Positions 15,178 through 26,770 of a stretch of 64,000 nt of DNA are shown here, piece after piece (position 1 is the stretch's first letter; each line of letters begins with the position of its first letter). The DNA is from Dendrobates tinctorius (taxonomy: Eukaryota). The stretch lies in NCBI RefSeq assembly GCF_039654945.1, contig NW_027361924.1, positions 8,122,001 through 8,186,000 on the forward strand, given 5' to 3'. A model generated the notes under the pieces. That model had not been told where the DNA came from. It ran no database searches and was given only the letters and a program-made list of their open reading frames with translations. The position numbers and the translations under genes are program-made.

Positions 15178-16289
15178 CCGTATATACTCGAGTATAAGCT
15201 GAGATTTTCAGCCCTTTTTTTTGGCTGAAAGTCCCCCTCTTGGCTCATACTTGAGTCATATACCGGGGGTCGGCAGGGGAGGGGGAGCGGGGTGTCAGAG
15301 TTCATACTCACCCTCTCCTGGCATGGTCTCTGCAGCCCCTGCTTCTTCCATGATCTCGGCACCCTTTCTCTTCCTGCATTTAGTGGTCACATGGAACCGC
15401 TCATTAAAGTCATGCATATGCGCATATTCATGACCTTAATGAGTGCTACCATGTGACCGCTGAATCCTGGCAGAGCTGCGATACCGACACCATGGAAGAA
15501 GTAGGGGCTGCAGAAACCGTGCACCAGGAAGGGGTGAGTATGATGGGGGAGCCATATTCAGCTGTCCCCGTTCCACCATCACATGCCGCTCTGTCCTCTG
15601 CATCCTCTGACTGTGACGTTCAGGTCAGAGGGTGCAAAGATGTAGTCAGTGCGTGCCCTCTGCTGAACGTCACTGCAGAGACCCGGGAGACAGAGCGGCG
15701 CCCTGCGATGGAACGGGGACAGGTGAATATCGCCAGTGCCAGGGGCCTGAGCCAGCAGTGACACCAGCACCTGTCCCTCAGTGCGCCGGTGTCCCTGCCT
15801 GCTCAGGACATTGGCACCTGTCCCCCAGTGATGAGAGGTGAGTATGTCATCTTTTCTTTTAATTGCAGCAGCAAGAGCAATATATGGGCCACATTTATCT
15901 ATGCAGCATCTTCTTGGGCCACCATTAACCCTTGTGCAGCATTTTATGGGGGTATTTAACTATGGAAGATCTTGGGCCACCATTTACCATTGTGCAACAT
16001 TTTATGGGGGGGTATTTATCTATGGAGCATCTTTTTGGACCACCATTAACCCTTGTGCAGCATTTTATGGGGGTATTTATCTATGGAGCATCTTCTTGGA
16101 CCACCATTAACCCTTGTGCAGCATTTTATTGGGGGTATTTATCTATGGAGCATCTTTTTGGACCACCATGAACCCTTGTGCAGCACCACCCTCAGCTTAT
16201 ATATGAGTCAATAAGTTTTACCAGTTTTTTGTGGCAAATTTAGGGGTCGCAGCTTATACTCGGGTCGACTTATACTCGAGTATATACGG
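15178..16289. mobile_element. Tc1/mariner-superfamily (pogo/Tigger-like) non-autonomous element
   Basis: TIRs CCGTATATACTCGAGTATAAG / CTTATACTCGAGTATATACGG and a TA TSD on both sides. Confidence 0.9.
15894..16186. repeat. ~61-bp minisatellite (about 5 units) inside the MITE
   Basis: Repeated ATTTATCTATGGAGCATCTT.TTGGACCACCATTAACCCTTGTGCAGCATTTTATGGGGG. Confidence 0.9.
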
Positions 16290-16340
16290 TAGCTATGTTA
16301 TAACTTTTTATGTTTCCTCAAAGAATACAGTCAGGATAGT

Positions 16341-17273
16341 TTAGTTTATCTTCAACAACCTTTGAAGAGATTTCTTGATTTCACTGTTACGTAGGCTATA
16401 AACAAGTGGATTTATCATGGGTACGACTGTAGAATAGAAAATGGACAGGACTTGGTTGAGGAGAGCATCTGTGGGGTGGAAAGAGGACGTGAAGTGTGAT
16501 CCTCCTGTAGAATAGTAGATCATCATGACAATGAGGTGGGACAAGCAGGTGGAGACGGTTTTTCTTCTTCCTTCCCTGGATTTAATGCGCACAATTACAT
16601 GAAAAATTTTAATGTATGACACCAAGTTGCAAAAGAAAGGGCAGAGTCCAAACAGAATACTTTCTATACAAATTACAATATAAAACTCATTGGATCCACC
16701 ATAGGATGCATTAAATACAGTTATTGCATCGCAGAAGAACTGATGAAGGATCACCACCGGATCATATGTCATGTTCAATAATGGAATGATGAGGAACCAT
16801 GAGTTAATGAAGGCACAAACCCATACGATGACTATAATAACTGTGGAGTTTGTCATGCTCAAGAGTTGGTGGTAATGCAAGGGATGACAAATCGCAACAT
16901 ATCGGTCATATCCCATTACGAAGAAGAGTATCACCTCGGCACTGGCTGCTGTAAAGAAAAAGTACATCTGGGTGAAGCACTGGGAGAAAGATAAAAGGCC
17001 ATTCCCGGATAATAATACATGGAGAAGCTTTGGGATAATGACTGTGGTGTAGCAGATGTCTATCACAGATAAATTACAGAAGAATAGATACATGGGGGTG
17101 TGTAGATGGACATCAACAAATATCACGGTGGTAACAACTGAATTTAAAATTATTGCAATCAAGTAAATGTAGAAGAAAATGATGACAATCACCAGCTTCT
17201 GATTTGTATTTGTGGAGAACGGAAGGATGTGGAATTCTATATTTGTACTATTGGCTGCGAGATTTGACGGCAT
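16341..17273 (-). CDS. Olfactory receptor, intact single coding exon, 310 aa
   Basis: Motifs LHTPMYLFFCNLS, MGYDRYVAICHPLHY, STCLSHL and PMINPLVYSLRN, plus an N-terminal NST glycosylation site. First ATG at 17273. Confidence 0.95.
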   Translation of the reverse strand: MPSNLAANSTNIEFHILPFSTNTNQKLVIVIIFFYIYLIAIILNSVVTTVIFVDVHLHTPMYLFFCNLSVIDICYTTVIIPKLLHVLLSGNGLLSFSQCFTQMYFFFTAASAEVILFFVMGYDRYVAICHPLHYHQLLSMTNSTVIIVIVWVCAFINSWFLIIPLLNMTYDPVVILHQFFCDAITVFNASYGGSNEFYIVICIESILFGLCPFFCNLVSYIKIFHVIVRIKSREGRRKTVSTCLSHLIVMMIYYSTGGSHFTSSFHPTDALLNQVLSIFYSTVVPMINPLVYSLRNSEIKKSLQRLLKIN

Positions 17274-17722
17274 TTTGCAAGAGGAAAATTTCAATTGTCC
17301 AAGAAGTTGAAAATGTTCTAAGAAGAATAACTCCTACTCCTAAGCATTGCAAACCATTTTCTGGGTTTAGTTATGGGCTTGCATTGTACTTCAAGTCATT
17401 ATTCAAATGTCAGAATTTCCAGCTTTAGAAGTGAAAAGAAAAGAAGAAATCAAGCAGCTTTAGACCAATATAATATAAGAAAGAGAACACATCATGTTTT
17501 TATCATAAAAATCCATATTCAGACCCATAATCCACAATAAATGAAGCAAAATGAAGCTAATAAATAATTATGTTTTCTCTTTCCTCCATTCATTGGCAAT
17601 AGCTGAGAATTTAGTAATCATTTCTGTACTGACACTGTTTTATAAAATATTGCAACAAATATAAAAGAAATTAAAAATAAGATATATTATAATTATATAA
17701 GCAATCTAATAATTACATATAA

Positions 17723-17910
17723 ACTTACTGGTGAAATATAAAACAGCACAATCTTCATATGTGCCAAGCATTGAATCCTTTCGACACTACTTATATAGTC
17801 TGTTTTTGAGAAAGATATTTGGAAAAAATAAAAATAATTAATCATGTCCTTCAGGAAATGTCCCGCAGGTAATTATTAATACACTGTCTATTCAGAAAAC
17901 CATCTCTCTT
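17723..17910 (-). promoter_or_regulatory. Putative OR promoter, non-coding leader exon and splice donor
   Basis: TATATAA at 17791-17797, GTAAGT donor at 17723-17728, and O/E-like and TAAT motifs at 17835-17880. The block is conserved upstream of the paralog. Confidence 0.6.
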
Positions 17911-19077
17911 AATGATCTTATAAATTACAGCTCTATTCCCATTATCTTAAGTGGGTAAAATTGTAAAGTGCCCATAAAAACAAGGAACTTGGCAATTTAC
18001 TTGATATTGAAAATCTCCTCTGTTCTCAAGAACAGTGTGAATTATAATTTTAGCGTTTACTGCTTGACATCGAGGTTACTGGCCAACCCTGCAGTCTATC
18101 AGTAATGGCCGGACATGAGTAGTACTTATAATGCAGCTTACAAGGGCTGCTCTGAAGCTACATGGATGGCCAAAGCATACTGTTAGCTGGCAGCTTTAGG
18201 GCCATTGTTCTGTGATGCTACATAGGCAAAAGAGGCAAATCTGCTTTTGTTTGCAGCATTGGAGGGAGCACAGTTCTGGCCAGCGCTGCATGCCTCTGGT
18301 TCAAGCTGTTAATCAAGCAGCCTTGTATCACTACCACTAAGCAGAAAGGCAGCATTTCAGGGAGTGATTTGCTCCTAAAGACTGGGGTTGAGACAGCTCC
18401 TTGTTACAAAGATTTATATGACAAAACTATGGGTGTACTATGCATGAAATGCAAACCTTTCTTTGCAAGATATAAAGTCTTAACTAGAAATGAGAGAATG
18501 TATTCAAGCGGAATTCTCCTTGAATGTTACAAAAATCCATATTCTCTAAAAAACTGATTTTTTTTTTCTTTACAGTTTGCTCCACAAGAATTTAGCAAAC
18601 TGGTAGCTAGCTGTAACTTAAAGTTCCTGGCAGCTCTCTCTCTCTGTGTAGCTGGATTACATATAATAAAAGGCAGAGCAGTGTCTGTCCCACCATTCCT
18701 TAACTCCCACCCTCAGTGCCCACCTAATCCACCTAAAAAGCACCTCCCTATATATAGTCTCTAGACAAATAAATTGTTGCACACACAGGTTATCCTTCCT
18801 AACGTTCTTCACAATTCCCAAGTATCTTTAGATACTGAATATAGTATCCTGACACTCTACTGCTGTCAGTAATGTTACAGGTGCTGACAGTGCAGTGCAT
18901 TGTAGGGTTACAATGGTCACGTAATGTATTCATGTAGTAGAATATATTTTGTAATGCCCAACATAATCCCCTCTGGCAAGTTACAAGGTGATCAGATTAC
19001 TTGCTCTCCCTCCTTGTGCACATCCCCAGTCACTGTAAACTTGCTGATGATCACAGACCACAGGACATCATCATTTA

Positions 19078-19473
19078 GGGTACCGTTACACATAGCGATG
19101 TACCAGCGATCCCGACAGCGATATGGATCGCTGGTGCATCGCTAAGTGGTCGCTAGTGAGCTGCCACACAGGCAGATCTCAGCAGCGACATCGCTGGGGT
19201 CGGGAGTCACTACTTACCTGTCAGACGCGGTGATCCTGACGCCCTCCCACCCGCGTTCACGCATCGCTTGTTGTCACAGCAGGAAGCGCCGCAGGAAGCT
19301 GACGACGAGAAATGGTCCAGGACCTTCTCGCGTGACCAGCAATAACCAGCGGGGGAGCCGGTCGGAGATAAGTATCACATGTAGCGATATCGCTAGCAAT
19401 ATTGCTGCTACGTCAAAAAATCAGTGACTTTACAGTGATATTGCTAGCGATATCGCAGTGTGTAACGGGGGCT
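19078..19473. mobile_element. Harbinger-type MITE
   Basis: TIRs GGGTACCGTTACACA / TGTGTAACGGGGGCT, a TTA TSD and many AGCGAT/ATCGCT subterminal motifs. Confidence 0.85.
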
Positions 19474-19919
19474 TTAGAGCTAATAATGAGATAAAATCTT
19501 GTAGTTTACAAAAATGGACAGAAGGAAACCCTCTGTTGTTAAATCTGGCTAGACTATTAGAAAGTATGAGTAATTATTTAAACTCCATTGTGGATTTTAG
19601 CAGTTTATCAGAGTGAATGATAAGTTCAGACAGCATGTGGAATGGGTGAAATGGCTCTTAAATTGAAACAAACATTTTTTTCCTCTAAAATGAAATATAT
19701 ATTTTTTTTAACTTTTCCAAAATTTTAAGTGTTTTTTTTGTTATTTTATTTTTAATTTTGCAATATATAGCTGAAGGGAGATTGAAAAAGAGGGTGTTGG
19801 GGTTGTGGAGATAAATGTACATGGTTACTGTGTGGAGATTTTCTTCTGTGTCAATTTGAAAATGGTTTAATAAAGAAAGAAAATAAATTAAGATTGGTTG
19901 TAACAAAAGATGACAAATG

Positions 19920-20527
19920 CCGTTTTTTGCGGATTTTAAAAGCACTCCAAATTTTTGGGGTGTAAAATAGGATTTTTTTTTAAAATAAAATGGTGGTGCA
20001 TCTTATAATCTGTTTTAACTGTAGTTTACCTGGGGGTGGTGCTGTTGGAGCGGGACCACAGGAGTCAGGGTCGCTGCTTCAGTAGGCCAGCGGCAGCAGG
20101 AGTGGGGCGATGCTGCGGTGCCTGGGCACTCATTAGATGTATGCACAAGTGAACGGAGTCCCCTTTTTCAGTTACTTTCCTGTGGGGGGGCTTCAGGAAA
20201 ATGGCCACCTGAGGCGGCACATGCACAGATTGAGATCTTGGGAAACAAAATCTCATCTCCTGAGATCTCAATCTGTGCATGTGTTGCCTCCAGCTGCCAT
20301 TTTCCCCAAATCCACTGCAGAGAACTGAATGGGAAAAGGGACGCCGCTCACTTGTGCATACATCTAATGAGGACCCAGGCACCACTCCACTCCTGACACC
20401 ACTGGCTTCCTGAAGCAGCAACCCCGCCTCCTGTGACCCTAATCCACCTCTGACCCCCTCCTGTTAAGCTCACTTCAGATTATAAATTTGGAGGAAAAAA
20501 GTGCTTCTTATAACATGAAAAACACAT
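19920..20527. mobile_element. Degenerate palindromic MITE (Tc1/pogo-like termini)
   Basis: Long internal inverted repeat centred near 20250 and decayed CCGT.TTTT.CGGATT.TAA..GCAC ends. Confidence 0.6.
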
Positions 20528-20929
20528 TATTTGTAAAAATCCCACCACAAACAAAAGTACTATCTTCAATCTAAAATGATGGAGACAATTTTCAGAGAAG
20601 AAGGCTGTGGATATTAATGAATAGTACTTCAGATATATCCATGCCAATTTAAGGGCCCAGTGGGCTTTCAGAAGTACAAAGGAGGCACATGAAATTTAGA
20701 AAAGGGACTATGGTTTCAGTAAGTAGGAAAAATAAATTATTGGTGATGTAAATTTATCTTATTAGAGATTTAAATTTTCAAAGTTATTCTTTGAAGTGAA
20801 AAAAATAATAGATAAATAAAATCTTATTCTCATAATTTAATAATTCGGATACAAAGCTAAAATTGTTTGCACCCCAACAATTAGTCAACAATATGAAGGC
20901 TGTTTTGACTTAATAAATAAAGAAAAACT

Positions 20930-22340
20930 GTAAAAAAAAAATTTCATGATTTCATGCAAATATAAAAAAGTTTGGAAAATTACTAAATAACCTTTACTAG
21001 AAAATTATATCCCAAACATGAATCTTGTTTTTCATTTAAGATTTAAAATTCCAAAGTAAGGGTGCAAATTAATTACAAAAATAGTTATTTACTAAATTGA
21101 ATTATAATCATTACATTAATTAAAAAATTGTTAATTACTAAATTGAAAAACTGTAGCATTTGTTTATGATTTCATGCAAATATAAAAAAAAGTTTTTGAA
21201 AATTACTAAATAGCCTTTACTAGAAAATTATATTCCAAAAATGATTCTTATTTTTTTATTTAGTCTACTAAAACGCTTGTGCACTCCCTCATCATCTCCC
21301 GCCTCGACTACTGCAACAGCCTTTTTTGTGGTCTCATTGCTAACACCCTCGCACCTCTCCAGTCCATCGTTAACACTGCCGCCCGACTAATTCATCTCTC
21401 TCCTCGCTACTCCTCCGCTTCTCCCCTCTGCAAATCTCTTCACTGGCTCCCATTCCCTCAGCGTATCCAGTTCAAGTTACTAATACTGACCTACAAGGCC
21501 ATCTATAACCTGTCTCCCCCATATGTCTCTGAACTAATCTCCCGATACCTTCCCTCACGTAATCTCCGGTCCTCCCAAGACCTCCTTCTCTCCTCCACAC
21601 TTATTCGCTCCTCACCCAACCGCCTCTAAGACTTCTCCCGAATAGCCCCTATTCTCTGGAATTCTTTGCCCCAACAAGTCCGACTATCAACCACATTTGG
21701 ATTCTTCAGATGGAACCTGAAAACCCATCTCTTCAGGAAAGCCTACAGCCTGCAATGACCCCGCTACTTCCTTCTCTCTCACCACTACCGGTGATATCAC
21801 CACAACCAACACCAGAACTGCTGCAACCCACCAACCTACTGTCTCCTTCCCCACCATCCTGTAGCATGTAAGCCCGAAAGGGCAGGGTCCTCTCTCCCCT
21901 CTGTATCAGTCTGTCATAGTTAGTTTGTTTACTGTAAGTGATATCTGTAATTTGTATGTAACCCCTTCTCATGTAAAGCACCATGGAATCAATGGTGCTA
22001 TATAAATAAATGATAATAATATTTAAAATTTAAAATTCCAAAGTAAATACGCAAATTAATTACAAAAATAGTTATTTACTAAATTTAAAAATACTAATTA
22101 CATTAATTACTAAATTAAAAAACTGCAGAAAAAAATATTTTATGATGTTATGCTAATATAAAAGTAATGTGTTAGAAAATTACTAAATAACTTTTAGTAG
22201 AAAATTGAAAAATTATTTCCCAAAGATGAATCTTACTTTTTTAAATTTAAGATTTAAACTTCCAAATTAAATATGTGAATTAATTGCAAAAATAGTGAAT
22301 TAGTATATTGAAAAATAATAATTACATGAATTACTAAATT
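20930..22340. repeat. AT-rich degenerate tandem repeat (~220-bp unit, about 3 copies) split by an L2
   Basis: GATTTCATGCAAATATAAAA...AAAATTACTAAATA.C.TTTA.TAGAAAATT recurs at ~20948, ~21168 and ~22144. Confidence 0.65.
21263..22020 (+). mobile_element. L2 LINE 3' fragment
   Basis: LIISRLDYCNSL, LHWLP and LKTHLF motifs. 3' hairpin GCACCAT-GGAATCA-ATGGTGC, a (TAA)n tail and ATTTA flanks. Confidence 0.9.
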
Positions 22341-22708
22341 GTTCATAACTTAATTGGAAAAAGTCTCAGTGATTACTTAATAGACTGAATGATAAGTTAA
22401 ATAGTGTATTGGAGCCAAACACAAGTTTGTTCATTAATAACATGAAACATGCATTTTTTATTTTATAGAACTTTATTGTTTATTTCTTTTGCTCTTTTAG
22501 GAAATATTCCAAATCTAATGAAAGAGAATTGGATAAAAAAAAATTTGGTAAGACTCCAAGTCAAACAAAAAGTAATATTTTTAATTTAATTTGAGGAAAA
22601 AAAGCTTTTTTTGTGGCATTTACAAATATCCTTGAAAGGTTTCAAATCTGCATAAAAAATTTTACAATACAAAATATTATTGTGGTACAGTGTTAGCCAG
22701 AAAGATAG

Positions 22709-22920
22709 ATGTAAATACTTATAAACCAAAAAAATTTGAGAAAAGTATTCAAGGAGTGATATCTTTATTGGCTAACCAGAGAAATTATATTCGCAATCTT
22801 TCAATGTTCAGAAGGGGCATTCTGAGCTTGCAAATTTAATTTCTCCGGTTAGGCAATAAAGGTATCACTCCTTGAATACTTCTCTCATTTTTTGGGGGGA
22901 GGACATAAGTATTTATACAA
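22709..22920. repeat. Fold-back repeat, possibly Penelope-derived
   Basis: AAGTATTCAAGGAGTGATA.CTTTATTG.CTAACC.GAGAAATTA and its near-perfect reverse complement about 50 bp away. Confidence 0.6.
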
Positions 22921-23516
22921 TGAATTGTAAAACAGAAGTATCTGGACCTCTTTTTTTGCATAATTATCTGATCAGAAAAGTCCTGTTGGAAAGTATACAC
23001 ATTCTAATATGAATCAGTGTAACTTCATGAAAAAAATATTAAAAAAATAATAAGAAAATGGGGAACTCACACCAAAAGTGAAATATTACAACAGTAACCT
23101 TCATCAATAATGATGATTAGCATAAGATGTTAATCAATATTATTGTTCAGCCCATCGAAAAACAAAGTCATCTCAAAATTCATGCTCATTTTCTGTGTTG
23201 GTATAAAGAGTAGCTGATAATAATACCTAGAGATGAGTGAATAGATTTGTAGGACCTTAATCCAATGGCAACTACAGTAGGTGGACCATCGAGACATCAT
23301 GTGTGCAACATGGTACAATGATGAAGTTGCCAGATTGGTTTATCAGATGAGAGATTGAGGATGCCGGCAGGTAGGAGGTTCACAGAGCTCCCATCTGGTG
23401 GCCACAGACTGTGGACATGGCCACTGGACAAGAGTCCTGTGAATCGATTCACTTATCTCTAATAATGACAATTCATAACATAAGTAATATTCCTAGAAGA
23501 ATGTGTTCAAGATAGT

Positions 23517-24449
23517 TTACTTTATATTCAGCAACCCATGTAGGGACTTTTTTATTTCATTGTTACGTAGACTATAAACTAATGGATTTATCATGGGTAC
23601 AACTGTACAATAGAACATGGACAGGGCTTGGTTGAGGAGAGCTTCTGTTGGGTGGAACGAGGACATGACATGTGACGTTCCCGTAGAGTAGTAGACTGTC
23701 ATGACAATGAGGTGGGACAAGCAGGTGGAGAAAGTTTTTCTTCTTCCTTCCTTGGATTTAATGCGTACAATTACACAAAAAATTTTAATGTATGATACCA
23801 AGTTGCAAAAGAAAGGGCAGAGTCCAAAAAGAATGCAATTAGTGCAGATTACGATGTAAAACTCATTGGATCCACCATAGGATGCATTAAATACAGCTAT
23901 AGCATCGCAGAAGAACTGATGAAGAGTCACCACCTGATCATATGTCAAGTGCAAAAGTGGGATGATGAAGAAAGATGAGTTTATGAAGGCATAAACCCAC
24001 ATGATCACTACAATTACTGTAGAGTTCTTCATGCTCAGGATTCGGTGGTAATGCAAGGGATGACAAATCGCAACGTATCGGTCATATCCCATTACAAAGA
24101 AAAGTATCACCTCAGCACTGGCTGCCGTAAAGAAAAAGTACATCTGGGTGAAGCACTGGGTCAATGACATAACATTGTTCTGTGACAATAATATATGTAG
24201 GAGCTTAGGGATGATGACTGTAGTGAAGCAGATGTCTATCACTGATAAGTTACAGAAGAATAGATACATGGGGGTGTGTAGATGGACGTCCAAACATATT
24301 ACTGTGGTAACAACTGAGTTCAAAATGATTCCCATCAAGTAAATGTAGAAGAAAATGATGACAATCAGCAGCTTCTGATAAGTATTTGTGGAGAACGGAA
24401 GAATGTGGAATTCTATAGTTGTCCGATTGTCCATGAAATTTGACAACAT
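23517..24449 (-). CDS. Olfactory receptor, intact, 310 aa (paralog of 16341-17273)
   Basis: Same OR motifs (LHTPMY, MGYDRYVAICHPLHY, KTFSTCLSHL, PMINPLVYSLRN). The ATG at 24449 aligns with the paralog start. Confidence 0.95.
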   Translation of the reverse strand: MLSNFMDNRTTIEFHILPFSTNTYQKLLIVIIFFYIYLMGIILNSVVTTVICLDVHLHTPMYLFFCNLSVIDICFTTVIIPKLLHILLSQNNVMSLTQCFTQMYFFFTAASAEVILFFVMGYDRYVAICHPLHYHRILSMKNSTVIVVIMWVYAFINSSFFIIPLLHLTYDQVVTLHQFFCDAIAVFNASYGGSNEFYIVICTNCILFGLCPFFCNLVSYIKIFCVIVRIKSKEGRRKTFSTCLSHLIVMTVYYSTGTSHVMSSFHPTEALLNQALSMFYCTVVPMINPLVYSLRNNEIKKSLHGLLNIK

Positions 24450-24868
24450 TTTGAAAAAAATTGCAATGTAAAGGTAGACTATCGAAACTTCCAACAGAGT
24501 GCTCGAAACACAACTCATCAACCAGACGATATGTTTTTCCACTTCTGAGTAACCGAAGGAACAATGTCCATAGTACCGAAACGCTGTTCTTGATATCTAC
24601 CAAAAAGAGATAATTTTTGTGACAGAACCAGAATTTTACGTCTTTTTCTTGTGGACAAGAACATCTGTAGGTTGGCTTCCCATTTTTTTCAGATATCTAG
24701 GGATATCACATTCAAAAAGAACCTAAGAGTCACTAAACTTTCCTTCATTTTTTTATAATTTTGCTCATCATGAAAAGTAATGAAATTTTGTAAATGACTT
24801 TACTTGGGGATTTGTTTTTACTTTTGTAGAAAAATGAATTAAAATAAAATGAATGCATTTAAGTAGCT

Positions 24869-25141
24869 GACAAACCCCGGCTTTCCCCCAGTCTATTTGC
24901 CTGTCTTTAGCTGTATTGATATCAGATATACTAATTTGGAGTACAGATGAAAGGGTCATCTCAGTGTTTCTGCATCACTAACTTGGGGGATAAGTTCCTG
25001 CAGGAGACTGTTCTGGTAATCAGACTACTGAGAGGAGGAGACAGATGCTGAGCTGGCCCTTTCACTGCCATCATCTGTACTCCAAGCAATTATGTTCTGA
25101 TATCAATCCAAATAATTAGACTGAGGAAGAGCAAAGGTTTG
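24869..25141. mobile_element. Palindromic MITE remnant
   Basis: ATTGATATCAGA...TTGGAGTACAGATGA is mirrored by TCATCTGTACTCCAA...TCTGATATCAAT. Confidence 0.55.
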
Positions 25142-25989
25142 GAAGACACTTTCGGTTTTGACTCGAATGAAGACAAGTTCCCTAATAAAGTGATTAACAA
25201 AGTTTTCTAAATTTCCATTAATAAGAATAAAAATCAAAGCTTGGAATCTCTTTAAAAGATATTAGGGGACTCAAAATTACATTCTATTTTTGTTAAAGTG
25301 ACAAATATCTAGCTGTATCCGCTGGACTTCAGAAGTCAAGATTCTAGAACCTGTTGGTTCAGAGAAAGCCCAACCTAACCAATGTCATCTCAATAACAAA
25401 TGCTTGTGCCCCTTGTCGGCAATCCATCATCCAGTTACTAATCCCTCCCAAAATATCTGATGGGAAATATATATTCCAAAAACAGAATCATGAGAGGATA
25501 GACTGGATAGTCCTCAATAAGCGGAACAATGCACAATTCTCAAATTATTAGCTTCTCTCTTTCTCCCTTTTGCTCCCTGACATCGGTTCAGTTATGCATT
25601 AAATCGATTATATAGAGAGAGAATTTATTTTCACGGTTTCAGATGAATAAAGTTTGTTCTATAAGATATTAAAGAGGTGGCCCCACTTAAATGCATGTAT
25701 TTTGGGGTAAAAATCATTTTTGCAATTGGGTTTCATTAAAAATTTGACATGCTTTTTGTTTTCTGCACATTCAAATCCTGTAGCCGGCAATATACATTAC
25801 AACACATGTGCTATAGAAGGCAAACAGTGCAACATTATTAATTAAACCCAATTGCAAAAAAAACCCAAAAGATTTTTATCCCAAAATGAATACGTTTATG
25901 TTTATATCCTGTTAAAATAAATTAAAAAAATAAAAATAAAATACATTATCATATAAAAAACCTAAAGGTAAAAAACACAGTAAATCTCT

Positions 25990-26175
25990 GCTTACCGATG
26001 AAATGATAAAATGCTCATCATATGTTTCAGGAGTGAATTTTCTGCTTATATAGTATTTTTCTTTCTTGAAAAACAACTAGATTAATGAGTGATAAAATGA
26101 GTGAATCATGTCCCTCCTGGACACTTCCCTGAGGTTCTTATTAATCCCGCGTCTATTCTGTAAACATCATCTCAC
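25990..26175 (-). promoter_or_regulatory. Putative OR promoter, leader exon and splice donor (second OR)
   Basis: TATATAA at 26046-26052, GTAAGC donor at 25990-25995, TAATGA near 26084 and TTCCCTGAGG near 26125. Homologous to 17723-17910. Confidence 0.6.
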
Positions 26176-26412
26176 AATTTTTTTAGCATTTAGGTCATTA
26201 TTTCTACATATTACAGGATTTAATAATTAAATCTTGTGGTCTCTAACGCAAAATAAATATTTAGCGTGCTATGTATTTCTCAGTATATCATGGAGATGAG
26301 TGGACGGTGCATAAAATCAATCAATTGTATACACTCTTCATGCCCCACTCCAGGAATACAATGTTGCATTCCACAGTATAAACCATCAGTAGAATGCCGG
26401 ATATGTCACTCA

Positions 26413-26770
26413 TTAAAGGGAATCTGCTAGTACAACGAACTAGCCATCTATAGGTCATAGGAAGCTGGAAAAAATGATATCTTGATATCTGCCATCTGAT
26501 GTCTTATTCCAGTTATCACCACATTTTTCCTAATATGTAAATGAGCTGTTACGATCTATAGGCCGGACATAGATCTCCCTGAGACTCCACGTCCAGATCT
26601 TATTTTGCATGAAATGGAAAATTACCAGTGTGACACATGTAATGATTGAGAGTCTGCTGTCCTGATCTACATGTCTCACACTCGTAACTCCCCCTTCTAT
26701 GAGAAATAATATCTGGAGGCAGATACTCAGGGAGATCTATGTCCAACCCATAGATCTTAACAGCATTTTT
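26413..26770. mobile_element. TTAA-AGGG-type (Kolobok/T2-like) MITE remnant
   Basis: Starts TTAAAGGGAATCTG. Internal inverted repeat GGACATAGATCTCCCTGAG / CTCAGGGAGATCTATGTCC. Confidence 0.55.

Noticed and set aside
15894-16186. CRISPR-like array
   Set aside because: The units are contiguous tandem repeats without unique spacers, inside a eukaryotic MITE.
24450-24542. N-terminal extensions of the OR ORFs (to 24542 and 17294)
   Set aside because: They start at non-ATG codons. The paralog alignment supports ATGs at 24449 and 17273.
24540-24600. Hammerhead-like remnant (..CCGAAGGA...CCGAAACGC) upstream of the second OR
   Set aside because: The core is too degenerate to support a call.
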